Part shown: positions 23,331 through 32,000 of the stretch, in pieces | Layout: every line of letters starts with the position of its first letter | Numbering within the stretch: position 1 is the stretch's first letter | NCBI RefSeq assembly: GCF_000354175.2 | Contig: NC_022359.1 | Span: forward strand, 1,110,001 to 1,142,000 | Source of the DNA: Vibrio alginolyticus NBRC 15630 = ATCC 17749 | GTDB taxonomy: Bacteria; Pseudomonadota; Gammaproteobacteria; Enterobacterales; Vibrionaceae | Length of the DNA: 32,000 nt | Direction of reading: 5' to 3' | Position numbers and translations under genes: made by a program | The notes under the pieces: model-generated | Seen by the model: the letters and a program-made list of their open reading frames with translations, nothing else | What the model was told of the DNA's origin: nothing | Database searches by the model: none

Positions 23331-25484
23331 CTAACTTACCCTGACGGCAAACTTACTAGCAAGTGAATGAAGCTCTGGGAGCATGCGATAGATAAGATGA
23401 AGTTGCTGCAATACCATGCGGGCAGAGCTGTCGTCTTCATCGCGCCATTCGTTTAAGCGTTGCTCGAGTCCAGCATCATCAATATTAGATAGGTCACACT
23501 CCTCACAATGCTGGTGAAGCTGTTTATGAAGTACATCCAGATGCTGATGAATACAACGGTGAGCATCTAAAACGAGTTTATGAATTGACTCATCTTCGAT
23601 GCGAGTTCTGTGCGCGCCTAATGCAGAAATATAGTTCAACATTGCGTGATTTAACGTTAGGAAGCGAAAACTTTCATCAACAGCTGCGCGATATTTGCCA
23701 GGCTCCGCCAGCATCGTACTAATCGCAGAAGATAGTGAGGCATCATTATTGTGGGCCTGGCGGCGAGCGATACGGTAACTCAAATTGTCTTTCTTGCCGA
23801 TTCTATACTGACCAATGATCTGATCGAGATACTGCTTGTTCGCCTCTATCGCATCCGACATAACTTTGTGAAGCCTTCTCGACTGCCAGTCGGGCAAAAT
23901 AACTAATACTGCTCCTACTGCAAGCACACACCCGATGAGGGTATCTGCTAGTCGAGGAAGGACAACTGCGTAACCTTCACCTAGTTGATTAAATAAGAAG
24001 AGGACGAGCAGTGTAATAAAACCAGTCGCGTACCCATAGTTGTTCATCCGGAAGGCGAAAAACATCACACCAGAGATAACGATAAATACTAACTGGCTTT
24101 CTTGAGAAGGGAAAAAAGTCAGCAATGGTACACCAATCAACAAACCAGCTAATGTACCTATTACTCTTGCCGTCAATTTTTGGCGAGTGGCACTGTAGTT
24201 CGGTTGGCATACGAATAAAGTGGTTAAGAGTATCCAGTAACCTCGGTCGATGTTGAATATTTGAATGATTCCATAGCCAATCGTTAAGGCAATTGACATA
24301 CGTAATGCATGCCGAAACAGCATCGAATCTTTGTGTAAATTTGCTGATATACGCTGCCACATCGCCTTTAGCGTGTGTGGGTTGGTATCGACGAGGGTAT
24401 CTTCTTCGAGGCCTTCAACATCTGGGTTGTTAATGTTATTAAGTTGTTTTTCTACCGTCGCTAAGTTGTTGAATAAATATGTTAACTGCATCAGCAGACG
24501 TTTCCAGTGCCCTTGCTTTTGTTCTTCTAGATAAGCAAGAGAGTTCTGTACTTCAGCTAATGCCAGAATCGATTGATCGGTATGGGAGTATTCATTTCCT
24601 AGCTGAATGGCTAGTGCAATATCACGACACGCTTGGGCTTGAGACTCCAAAAGATATTTAAAACGAAACAGCACATCAGAACGTTCAAATTCGGTCGCTA
24701 AATCCTGATAGCGATAATGGCTAGAACTGACTCGTTCGTGAATGTCTTGAGCGATGAAATAAATATTTAAAAATCGGTCACTAGGCCCATCAATGTGACC
24801 CCGTTTCGATCGGTTAAGTAATGTGGTTTTACAAGCGTTTAGTGCCGTAACCGTGGCAGCATTGCATTTTGCAGCTTCAATCCGTAGCGGTTGTGGCGTC
24901 AAGTTGGTCGCAGGGTGAAAAAGCTTGGCTTTCGCATCAAGATAATTCGCCATTTGGAAGAACACATTGGCTAGGCTTTGTTGCACAGGTTGAAGGGGCC
25001 AAAATATCTGCCAAATCATGGACATGAAGTAATACCAGGCGGCACCAGTTAAAAGCAGTAGTGGCTGAAACCAAATGTTGGTGCTTTCATGTGCGCCAAG
25101 CATAGTATAAATAGCGATCAGCAACGAACCAAAAGCAATACTCGCGTACTTAGGACCTATCGCCCCAAGAATGATGAAGCCGAAGGTTGAGATAAATAAT
25201 CCCAACGCAAAAGCCCAAGGGGTATCGAACAAGATTTCAATTGAAAAAGCAGCAAGCGCAAAACAGAGAAAGGTGAGAATCAGAGCCTTAATGCGTCCAG
25301 TGAAACTGTCATCACTTTCAGCCAAAGCAGCAGCAATAACGCCTAATATTAATGGCGTTATCAGCGTGTTTTGCTCGAAGTACCAAGTTGGGATAACCAC
25401 ACCCAGTAAGGTAATGAGGATAAGAACGCTGTAATTTATCGTCTTGTTTGCCCAATATAGCCGAAATTTAGAAGTTGCTTGCAC
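23331..25484 (-). CDS. yccS: YccS/YhfK-family (FUSC superfamily) integral membrane protein
   Basis: It has two clusters of TM helices separated and followed by large soluble helical regions. With a GTG start at 25484 (TAAGGCG RBS, 6-nt spacer) it is about 718 aa, close to the ~717 aa I remember for E. coli YccS. Its position next to helD and mgsA is the same as in E. coli. The ORF-track ATG at 25535 would add 17 aa but has no RBS. Confidence 0.8.
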   Translation of the reverse strand: MQATSKFRLYWANKTINYSVLILITLLGVVIPTWYFEQNTLITPLILGVIAAALAESDDSFTGRIKALILTFLCFALAAFSIEILFDTPWAFALGLFISTFGFIILGAIGPKYASIAFGSLLIAIYTMLGAHESTNIWFQPLLLLTGAAWYYFMSMIWQIFWPLQPVQQSLANVFFQMANYLDAKAKLFHPATNLTPQPLRIEAAKCNAATVTALNACKTTLLNRSKRGHIDGPSDRFLNIYFIAQDIHERVSSSHYRYQDLATEFERSDVLFRFKYLLESQAQACRDIALAIQLGNEYSHTDQSILALAEVQNSLAYLEEQKQGHWKRLLMQLTYLFNNLATVEKQLNNINNPDVEGLEEDTLVDTNPHTLKAMWQRISANLHKDSMLFRHALRMSIALTIGYGIIQIFNIDRGYWILLTTLFVCQPNYSATRQKLTARVIGTLAGLLIGVPLLTFFPSQESQLVFIVISGVMFFAFRMNNYGYATGFITLLVLFLFNQLGEGYAVVLPRLADTLIGCVLAVGAVLVILPDWQSRRLHKVMSDAIEANKQYLDQIIGQYRIGKKDNLSYRIARRQAHNNDASLSSAISTMLAEPGKYRAAVDESFRFLTLNHAMLNYISALGAHRTRIEDESIHKLVLDAHRCIHQHLDVLHKQLHQHCEECDLSNIDDAGLEQRLNEWRDEDDSSARMVLQQLHLIYRMLPELHSLASKFAVRVS

Positions 25485-25808
25485 AATGCGCCTTATGTTT
25501 CCGATGAAGAACAGGGGGAATACTACCAGACCCACTATAGCGCGTTTATGATTTACTTTAAGAAAAATTCGTGGTTGCTGATAAAATCAGCAGGGATGTC
25601 ATCGACTTATATTAAAACTGCCAGGTCATGTATTGAGGATTGTAAAGCCAGCTTCAAATAACCTCAGCTTTAGGTTATTAAATCGACAGTAATGTGAATT
25701 TTATTAAAGAATAGAAGAAGAAGCTTACTTAGGTGCTCGCCGTTGCTACAATTTAGCACCTTAAAATGATATAAATCGACAACTTCTAAACTAAAAGGCG
25801 CACGTTTC

Positions 25809-27878
25809 ATGCAGCTTACTGCCACTAGCAAAGCACAGTTTTTTATTCAAAATGAGTACCATCACGTCGAAATAAAAGAGAACAGTGTTTTATTAAGCTC
25901 GATAGGCAGTGAAGAACATATTCCTTTTACGATCTGGAATGGCAAAGTTAGCGTAAAGCGTGGGTTATTATGGAGCTCTTTACAGTTTTTTGCTCATGAA
26001 CACGAAGGCAAACAACAAAGCTGGCTAGTCCAAGGTTTACCGTGGCCACAATGCCGAAAGTTCGCGCTTGAGGCCGTTCGTCAATATCAAGAGTGGCACA
26101 ACACTCAGTGCCGAAAACTGGCTGAGTATCTACCTAAGTGGGAAGAAGAGCTTTACAAACTAAAGCACTTGCCTGCTTACTTATCGCATTCTCAAGTGGT
26201 CTCCTGGGTTGAAAGTCTTAACCAAGAGTTAAGCGAGATGAAAACCACCCTAGAAGAAGCCAAAATGCGAATGCCGAATCGTATGTCGCAAATAGAGCCT
26301 TGGCTCATTGATACCTCTGAGGCGCTTGGTGAGCGTAATCGCGATTGGCTAGAAGCAGAACGTCCAAATTGGGAAGTGCTGTTTAATCAAATTGAATCCT
26401 CTCCTTTGAATTTATCCCAGCAATATGCGGTATTACTCAACGACGACCACAACTTAGTTCTTGCTGGTGCCGGCTCGGGCAAAACCAGCGTTTTAACCGC
26501 ACGAGTTGCCTATTTGTTGCAAAGCCATCAGGCTCAAGCAGAAGAGCTTCTCATGTTAGCGTTCGGTCGTGATGCGGCGACTGAAATGAAAGAACGCTTA
26601 GTAGATAAAGTGGGCATGGCGGCAGACGGTGTGCGCGTCAACACATTCCATCAGTTGGGCTTGTATATTCTTAAACAAGTCGAACAGCAACCTGTCGAAA
26701 TTAGCCCTTTAGCGTTGGACGAAAATCAACGAACGGCATGGTGTGTAGACTGGTTGAAAAAACATTGGATGACACCCACCAACTTTAAACGTTGGCAAAA
26801 ACATTTAGACAAATGGCCGATTGCGTACCTAAAAGGGGATGATGAGTTAGGAAGCCATTCAGAAAATCCAAAACTGATCGCTTGGCTAGATTCGCAGCTG
26901 TCTCATTTAGCGGCGGTAGGGTTGACCAAAAAGCAAGTACAAGAAAAGCTCGTAAACCACCAAGACTATACGCGTTTAAATAGTGAACTCGCCTTATGCT
27001 GGCCATGTTTTACAGCGTGGCAGAAAATGCTTAAAGAAAGCAACCAAGTGGATTTCCCAACCATGATCAGTCGTGCGACAGATTATGTGAATAAAGGAAA
27101 GTTTGTCTCGCCATGGCGCTTTATTATGGTCGATGAGTATCAAGATATCTCTCCAGACCGTCTGGCATTGATTGAAGCACTGTGTGAATCCACTCAGAAA
27201 CAAGCAGGTGCGACGTTATTTGCTGTTGGCGACGATTGGCAAGCGATCTATCAGTTTGCAGGAGCGGATGTCGATCTTATCACTGGCTTTAAAGAACGCT
27301 TTGCTCACTCAACCGTTCATCACTTAGATACAACTTATCGTTTCAACAATCAGATTGGTGATGTAGCGAATACATTCGTGCAGCAAAACCCATCGCAGTT
27401 GCCGAAAACACTAAACAGCCACAAACAACGCAAGCAGAAGAGCGTACATACCGCGCCGAGCAATCAAGTGGAAAAGATCTTGGATCACTTGAATCAACAA
27501 GCCAAGCAAACCAAGTCAGTTTTATTGCTAGGACGTAACCATTATCACAAGCCCGATTTGTTCGACGATTGGTTGCGACGTTTCCCTAATCTCGATATTC
27601 GCTTTATGACTTGCCATGCGAGTAAAGGACGCGAAGCTGACTTTGTGATTATTCTTTCTGTGGATGAGGGGCAATTCCCCGCTAAGAAGAAGCAAATTCA
27701 CATTGATGGTGCGTTGACGGAGTCCAAAGACAAATTCCCTTACGCAGAAGAGCGCAGGCTATTTTACGTGGCGATTACACGTGCAAAAGAGAAGGTTTGG
27801 ATCACGCATACTGGTGCGGGGTCTGCGTTCGTTCAAGAGCTCGTTAATGGTGACTATCCCATCGTGACTTCCCGTTAA
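25809..27878 (+). CDS. helD: DNA helicase IV (UvrD/Rep superfamily 1)
   Basis: 689 aa, and it aligns by eye with E. coli HelD over its length: …ESSPLN.SQ…LVLAGAGSGKTSVL.AR…LLMLAFGR.AA.EM.ER…VDEYQDISP.R.AL…LFAVGDDWQAIY.F.GA…LDTTYRFN..IG.VAN.F.QQNP.QL.K.LNS…HASKG.EAD.VII…AEERRL.YVA.TRA…. Confidence 0.92.
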   Translation: MQLTATSKAQFFIQNEYHHVEIKENSVLLSSIGSEEHIPFTIWNGKVSVKRGLLWSSLQFFAHEHEGKQQSWLVQGLPWPQCRKFALEAVRQYQEWHNTQCRKLAEYLPKWEEELYKLKHLPAYLSHSQVVSWVESLNQELSEMKTTLEEAKMRMPNRMSQIEPWLIDTSEALGERNRDWLEAERPNWEVLFNQIESSPLNLSQQYAVLLNDDHNLVLAGAGSGKTSVLTARVAYLLQSHQAQAEELLMLAFGRDAATEMKERLVDKVGMAADGVRVNTFHQLGLYILKQVEQQPVEISPLALDENQRTAWCVDWLKKHWMTPTNFKRWQKHLDKWPIAYLKGDDELGSHSENPKLIAWLDSQLSHLAAVGLTKKQVQEKLVNHQDYTRLNSELALCWPCFTAWQKMLKESNQVDFPTMISRATDYVNKGKFVSPWRFIMVDEYQDISPDRLALIEALCESTQKQAGATLFAVGDDWQAIYQFAGADVDLITGFKERFAHSTVHHLDTTYRFNNQIGDVANTFVQQNPSQLPKTLNSHKQRKQKSVHTAPSNQVEKILDHLNQQAKQTKSVLLLGRNHYHKPDLFDDWLRRFPNLDIRFMTCHASKGREADFVIILSVDEGQFPAKKKQIHIDGALTESKDKFPYAEERRLFYVAITRAKEKVWITHTGAGSAFVQELVNGDYPIVTSR

Positions 27879-27903
27879 ATGCAGCGTTTAGAATGTTAAA
27901 AAC

Positions 27904-27940
27904 AGCAAAGGCGATACTTGGTATCGCCTTTGCTTTATTT
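27904..27940. terminator. Bidirectional terminator between convergent helD and mgsA
   Basis: AGCAAAGGCGATAC (27904-27917) pairs with GTATCGCCTTTGCT (27921-27934), followed by TTATTT. An A-run precedes it, serving the opposite strand. Confidence 0.8.
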
Positions 27941-27955
27941 GGTTGGCATCAAAGC

Positions 27956-28411
27956 TTACATACGCTCAGCAAGATAGGCTTCGTAATCCGGCACTTCGAT
28001 GTCTACTTCTTGCTCAAGAAGAGGGGAGTTAAACAGGAACTTAGCGGTGGCTCGGTTCGTTGCTACAGGAATATTCCAAACACTAGCAATACGAAGAAGC
28101 GCTTTAACGTCTGGGTCGTGAGGTACGGCATTCAGTGGATCCCAAAAGAAAACGAGAACGTCGATTTTGCCTTCTGAAATGAGAGCGCCTAGTTGTTGAT
28201 CACCGCCCATCGGACCACTGATCATGCTCTTGATCGCAAGTCCAGTTTCTTTACTCAGCATGTGTCCTGTCGTGCCAGTTGCGTAAAGGAAGTGACTCTG
28301 TAGCTTTTCTTTGTTTTCTTTTACCCAGCGAAGTAGCTCAGGTTTGCAGTTGTCGTGAGCAACCAAAGCCACATGTTTATGGGTTGGCATGGTACGAATG
28401 GTTTTTTGCAT
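27956..28411 (-). CDS. mgsA: Methylglyoxal synthase
   Basis: It is near-collinear with E. coli MgsA: …KH.ALVAHD.CK…L.ATGTTG…[55 protein letters not shown]…. The first codon in the ORF track (28414) is TTG, and the ATG at 28411 matches the E. coli N-terminus. Confidence 0.95.
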   Translation of the reverse strand: MQKTIRTMPTHKHVALVAHDNCKPELLRWVKENKEKLQSHFLYATGTTGHMLSKETGLAIKSMISGPMGGDQQLGALISEGKIDVLVFFWDPLNAVPHDPDVKALLRIASVWNIPVATNRATAKFLFNSPLLEQEVDIEVPDYEAYLAERM

Positions 28412-28475
28412 CAAGATGTTTCCGTTTGTATGATTTTAAAATTGTTGTGCCTCAATAGAACACGTTTTTGGTCTT

Positions 28476-29480
28476 TCAATCAACAGCCTTAACACGGAAT
28501 GTCGGCCTATATTCTGACGGAGATAACGATTCTTCGATCGTGTCGTCATGAAGCGTCTTCGGAGTCAGTGGTTTGATGGTTGGTGAGGCAAGTTTGTCAT
28601 AAGCTTCACCTCTTAAGTAATGCGTTGCTTGCATCACGGAAAGCCGACCTTGCTGCACCATTTTATCTGTTGGTGCGAAGAGTACTTTGTTACGTAACAG
28701 GCCTCGATATACACCATGACTTAAGTACACAGAAACTAAACCGATCTCCTCAGCTTTGCCGGCACTGCGCAGCTCACTGATGGCCGCTTCAATCGCCACT
28801 GCACTGCCAACAATGTAATCTATATTTCCCATATCGATCACACGTTGAACTAGGTTACGTTGTAACTCCTTGTCGTTGTCTGCCCAAAATGAGTCAACAA
28901 TGTTGATATCACTTCCTTGTATCGCTTCATAAAATCCGGCAGTAACGGGTTTCGTACCACCACGAGTTCGCGGCCCCAAAAGTAAGGCAATGTTGGTTTT
29001 TCCTGACCCCTTTGGATGGCGAGCGGCCAAATATTGACCCGCTTCGTATCCCATCCAATGCCAGTCAACACCGACAGTCCCTTTTAGCAACTCACTTTGT
29101 TCTTCATCCAAGTCGAGTTGGTTCACAGTAGCAAAAACGGGAGTATTCCCCACCCAATTTTTAAGTGAATGCTCGTAAGCCTGTGGGTCCACGGTCCCAA
29201 GGATAACCGCATCTGCTCCCCATTGGTTACACAGTGCGAGTTGTTGTTCTTGACGGGTTTTGTTTGGGTAGCCGCCCGCTTCAAGGACTCGTAGCTCGAC
29301 ACCTTCTCTTTTCGCTTCGGACACCATTCCATAGTTTACTGACAACCAGTATGAATCCTTTAGGTGAGGGTATATTGCACATATTTTCTCTGCGGCAACC
29401 GCTGGCAAAGAAGCAACGAGGGTTAAAGTGGCTGCAGAATGTTTGAAAAATGTGCGAAATGCGTGTTGATTTTTAACCAT
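28476..29480 (-). CDS. torT: Periplasmic TMAO-binding protein TorT (partner of the TorS sensor)
   Basis: 334 aa with a signal peptide (…LVASLPAVAA/EK). It matches E. coli TorT: …C.IYP.LKDSYWLS.NYGM..EA.R.GV.L.VLEAGGY…QWGA.A..LG…YLSH.VYRGL.R…LSP..(Y/F)RP…. It is divergent from torS, as in E. coli. Confidence 0.9.
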   Translation of the reverse strand: MVKNQHAFRTFFKHSAATLTLVASLPAVAAEKICAIYPHLKDSYWLSVNYGMVSEAKREGVELRVLEAGGYPNKTRQEQQLALCNQWGADAVILGTVDPQAYEHSLKNWVGNTPVFATVNQLDLDEEQSELLKGTVGVDWHWMGYEAGQYLAARHPKGSGKTNIALLLGPRTRGGTKPVTAGFYEAIQGSDINIVDSFWADNDKELQRNLVQRVIDMGNIDYIVGSAVAIEAAISELRSAGKAEEIGLVSVYLSHGVYRGLLRNKVLFAPTDKMVQQGRLSVMQATHYLRGEAYDKLASPTIKPLTPKTLHDDTIEESLSPSEYRPTFRVKAVD

Positions 29481-29568
29481 GAAATGAAGTTCGTTGGCAT
29501 AGATTAAGTAAACACTGCAAAATATAACGTAATATGTCGCTGAACACGAACATTAAGGTCATGAAAAT

Positions 29569-32000
29569 ATGCTGCTAGCAACTGCAAGCATCGGTCGTAA
29601 ACTTTTGTTGTCTTTCATTGCGATGGCAATACTGGTCATGTTATCGGCACTTATTGGTGTGTCTGGATTTTCTTTGGTTGCCAAAACCGAAAGAAATGTC
29701 GTGGATTCTGCGATTCCCGCCATGATTGAGGCGAGGCAAGTCTCTGAGTTGAGTACTCGTATTATTTCGTCTGTACAAATGTTGTCGAACGCAAGAAACG
29801 AGCAGGAAAGAAAGGAGTCAGGGCGAGTGCTGTTCGAACAGCTCGAGTCTTTACTCACTCACATCAAGGAGCTCGGGAGTGAGTCGTTCGATTCTCAATT
29901 GTTAGAAGCTTTAGAGAATAACGTCCAGAACGTTATCGACAATTTGGCAGAACTCGGTGTTTCGGTTGAAAAAAAGCTGTGGCTTGCAAAAGAGATAGAT
30001 ACTCGTGTTGAAGAAATGCGTCTGCTCAGTGAAGAGCTAGAACAACTAACTCGTACGCAAGTTCAGAATACAAGCACCATTGCTGTTGCTAACGTCACGC
30101 ATATTTATGACTTATTAGAATCGAATAAAAAATCGCAAGTTTATCAGGCGCTAGATGCACTGGTGGAGGTCGATCTTGATCTGACTGAGCGATTGCATGA
30201 ACTGCACTTGTTGGCCTTTAAAATGTTGAATCAGATTGAAGAGGCTCGGACATTAACGAATATTGAGCGAATTCAACAGGTTCAAAGTGATTTCGATAGC
30301 AACCTCAAAATTATGCAACGCCGTGTACTCGCTGTGGAAGATCCTACGCGCTCTAAGCAAATGAGCCAACTGCTCATAGAGCTTGGTAAGCGTCAGGTCG
30401 TATTTTCTATACTGATGCAGCAATACGAGAATAACGAACAGTCACAACAACTGATGCAAAAGACATTAGAGTTGTTCTCAGAGCTGAATGGCACGGTCAA
30501 CAAATTGGTTGATGATTCAAACAAAACCACTACCGTCGCTGTAGACCAATTGACCAGCACACTGAAATTCGCTCAGTGGTCTTTAACCGTTATTTCAATT
30601 GTTGGTTTGATTGTATTGGTGCTGATTTTATGGCGTGTGGTGTACCTTTCTGTTGTGAAGCGGTTAGCTGAATATTCCGCTGCGTTGCTGTCTGTGGCGC
30701 AGGGTAACTTAGCGGTTGAGTTGGAAGTGAAAGGCAAAGATGAGTTGGCGCATATGGGGCAGGCCATCATCACGGCTCGTAATACCGCGCAAGCACTAAA
30801 AGTGGTAGCAGAGGGTGAAGCTCAAGCCAAGCGAGAGCTTGAGGAGCATAAAGAGCATTTAGAAGAGCTCGTTGAGCAGCGCACTTCGCAGTTAAAACAA
30901 GCAAACCGCCGTTTGAATGAAGAGGTTTTGAATCACGCTAAAGCTCGCAAGCAAGCAGAGCAAGCGAGCCGAGCAAAATCGGCATTCTTGGCGACGATGA
31001 GCCATGAGATAAGAACGCCAATGAACGGAGTGTTGGGGACAGCACGCTTGTTGATTGACTCAGGCCTCAACCCAATTCAAAAGCGTTATGCGGAAATCAT
31101 TAATCGTAGTGGTAAAACGTTGCTCGCGATCCTTAATGATGTACTGGATTACTCCAAGATTGAAGCGGGGCATTTAGAAATTCGTCACATGGGCTTTGAT
31201 TTACACCAAATGGTGGAGGACACTTTCCAGTTAATGAACAGTCGAGCACAAGAGAAGAAGCTACTGTTCTCCTACCATATTGAAAGTGATGTTAGTCGCT
31301 ACTGGAAAGGGGATGTCACCAGAATCAGTCAGGTGCTGAACAATCTTGTTGGTAACGCGATTAAGTTCACTGACGAAGGAGAAATTGATATCTACGTTAG
31401 CCTGAACCCTGAGGACGAGTCGCAAGTCCTGTTTGAAGTATCAGACACTGGAATAGGAATTGCCAAAAAATATCAGAGAACGTTGTTTGATGCCTTCACG
31501 CAAGCTGAAGGTGGGATGAGCCAAACTGGAGGTACGGGGCTTGGACTTGCCATCAGTAAGCGAATCATTGAAGCGATGGGCGGTGTTTTAGAAGTCGATT
31601 CCGAAGAGGGAAATGGTAGCCGATTCTGGTTCTCTATTCCGTTAGAGGAAAGCGAACCTGTTGAAACAGGAACCGTGGCAACCGCACGTTGCAAAGTGAA
31701 AGCAAAGGTCTTGCTAGTAGAAGATAATGAAGTCAACCGAGTGGTCGCGGAAGGCTTTCTAGAAAGCATGGGGCATCAAGTCGTGATGGCAGAAAACGGC
31801 TCACAAGCAGAGCAACTGATCAGCACACAAGATTTTGATATCGCTTTGGTCGACATCAACCTCCCTGATTGTGATGGAACTGAGTTGATCCAACGCTTAA
31901 AGCGGATTGAGTGTAATAAGCCGGCCAATAAAGCGCTTGCTGTCACGCCAATGATTGCAGTGTCTGCACACGTTTTTGCGGAAGAAGTTGAGCGCTATCT
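29569..32000 (+). CDS. torS: TMAO-responsive hybrid sensor histidine kinase TorS, N-terminal 810 aa; the 3' end lies beyond the window
   Basis: This ORF is not in the supplied track because it has no stop inside the window. The ATG at 29569 is preceded by TAAGGT. It has TM1 (LLLSFIAMAILVMLSALIGV), a long periplasmic helical sensor and TM2 ending in LWRVVY, as in E. coli TorS. It also has a HAMP/coiled coil and the H-box AKSAFLATMSHEIRTP (His codon 31003-31005). ATPase boxes are NLVGNAIKFT, DTGIGI and GGTGLGLAIS. The receiver starts at about 31705 (KVLLVEDNEVN…LVDINLPDCDG). Confidence 0.9.
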   Translation, partial: MLLATASIGRKLLLSFIAMAILVMLSALIGVSGFSLVAKTERNVVDSAIPAMIEARQVSELSTRIISSVQMLSNARNEQERKESGRVLFEQLESLLTHIKELGSESFDSQLLEALENNVQNVIDNLAELGVSVEKKLWLAKEIDTRVEEMRLLSEELEQLTRTQVQNTSTIAVANVTHIYDLLESNKKSQVYQALDALVEVDLDLTERLHELHLLAFKMLNQIEEARTLTNIERIQQVQSDFDSNLKIMQRRVLAVEDPTRSKQMSQLLIELGKRQVVFSILMQQYENNEQSQQLMQKTLELFSELNGTVNKLVDDSNKTTTVAVDQLTSTLKFAQWSLTVISIVGLIVLVLILWRVVYLSVVKRLAEYSAALLSVAQGNLAVELEVKGKDELAHMGQAIITARNTAQALKVVAEGEAQAKRELEEHKEHLEELVEQRTSQLKQANRRLNEEVLNHAKARKQAEQASRAKSAFLATMSHEIRTPMNGVLGTARLLIDSGLNPIQKRYAEIINRSGKTLLAILNDVLDYSKIEAGHLEIRHMGFDLHQMVEDTFQLMNSRAQEKKLLFSYHIESDVSRYWKGDVTRISQVLNNLVGNAIKFTDEGEIDIYVSLNPEDESQVLFEVSDTGIGIAKKYQRTLFDAFTQAEGGMSQTGGTGLGLAISKRIIEAMGGVLEVDSEEGNGSRFWFSIPLEESEPVETGTVATARCKVKAKVLLVEDNEVNRVVAEGFLESMGHQVVMAENGSQAEQLISTQDFDIALVDINLPDCDGTELIQRLKRIECNKPANKALAVTPMIAVSAHVFAEEVERY

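Noticed and set aside
25485-25535. 17-aa N-terminal extension of the yccS-like ORF (ATG at 25535).
   Set aside because: That ATG has no RBS. The GTG at 25484 has TAAGGCG at 6 nt and gives a length close to that of E. coli YccS.
23989-31769. Nested or antisense ORFs inside the right-hand genes. In yccS: 23989-24360, 24331-24534, 24479-24661 and 25171-25434. In helD: 26785-27006 and 26994-27203. In mgsA: 27893-28177. In torT: 28580-28780, 28850-29071, 29123-29332 and 29234-29446. In torS: 29559-29858, 30573-30773 and 31473-31769.
   Set aside because: Each lies wholly within a gene that has strong homology-based support on the other frame or strand. None has recognisable motifs.

Overview
This looks like a Vibrionaceae chromosomal window. 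I infer that from gene content and synteny and from by-eye alignment to proteins I remember; no database search was run.

**Left end (1-5100).** This is the tail of an iron/siderophore uptake cluster. It holds the 3' end of a FecCD-type permease, a YclP/VctC-like ABC ATPase, and an AraC regulator divergent from a TonB-dependent receptor. A Fur-box-like site sits between the AraC gene and the receptor gene, and a DUF2218 gene follows the receptor. A CueR-type MerR regulator is intercalated in the cluster.

**Centre (5185-22343).**
- A small YgjV-like membrane protein gene comes first, followed by about 860 bp of AT-rich DNA with no convincing gene. That stretch contains a 16/19 Fur-box match.
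- A single 16,047-bp ORF (5,348 aa, half of the window) encodes a LapA/FrhA-class giant RTX adhesin.
- The adhesin has an N-terminal retention module with a TAAG LapG-type motif, divergent extender domains, and 15 tandem units of the 143-aa class.
- Those are followed by about 1,700 aa of non-143-type Ig-like domains, three 108-aa cadherin-like units, GGxGxD nonapeptides and a C-terminal type I secretion signal.

**Right end (22400-32000).** Two small uncharacterised genes are followed by a yccS-helD-mgsA block syntenic with E. coli, then torT and the first 2.4 kb of torS, which runs off the window.

I recognised no rRNA, tRNA, CRISPR array, transposase or integrase.

**Points worth follow-up:**
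- The adhesin has no T1SS or lapD/lapG partners in the window.
- Its repeat array has a higher-order architecture.
- A strong Fur-like operator lies in its long leader.
- Two orphan small genes sit downstream of it.
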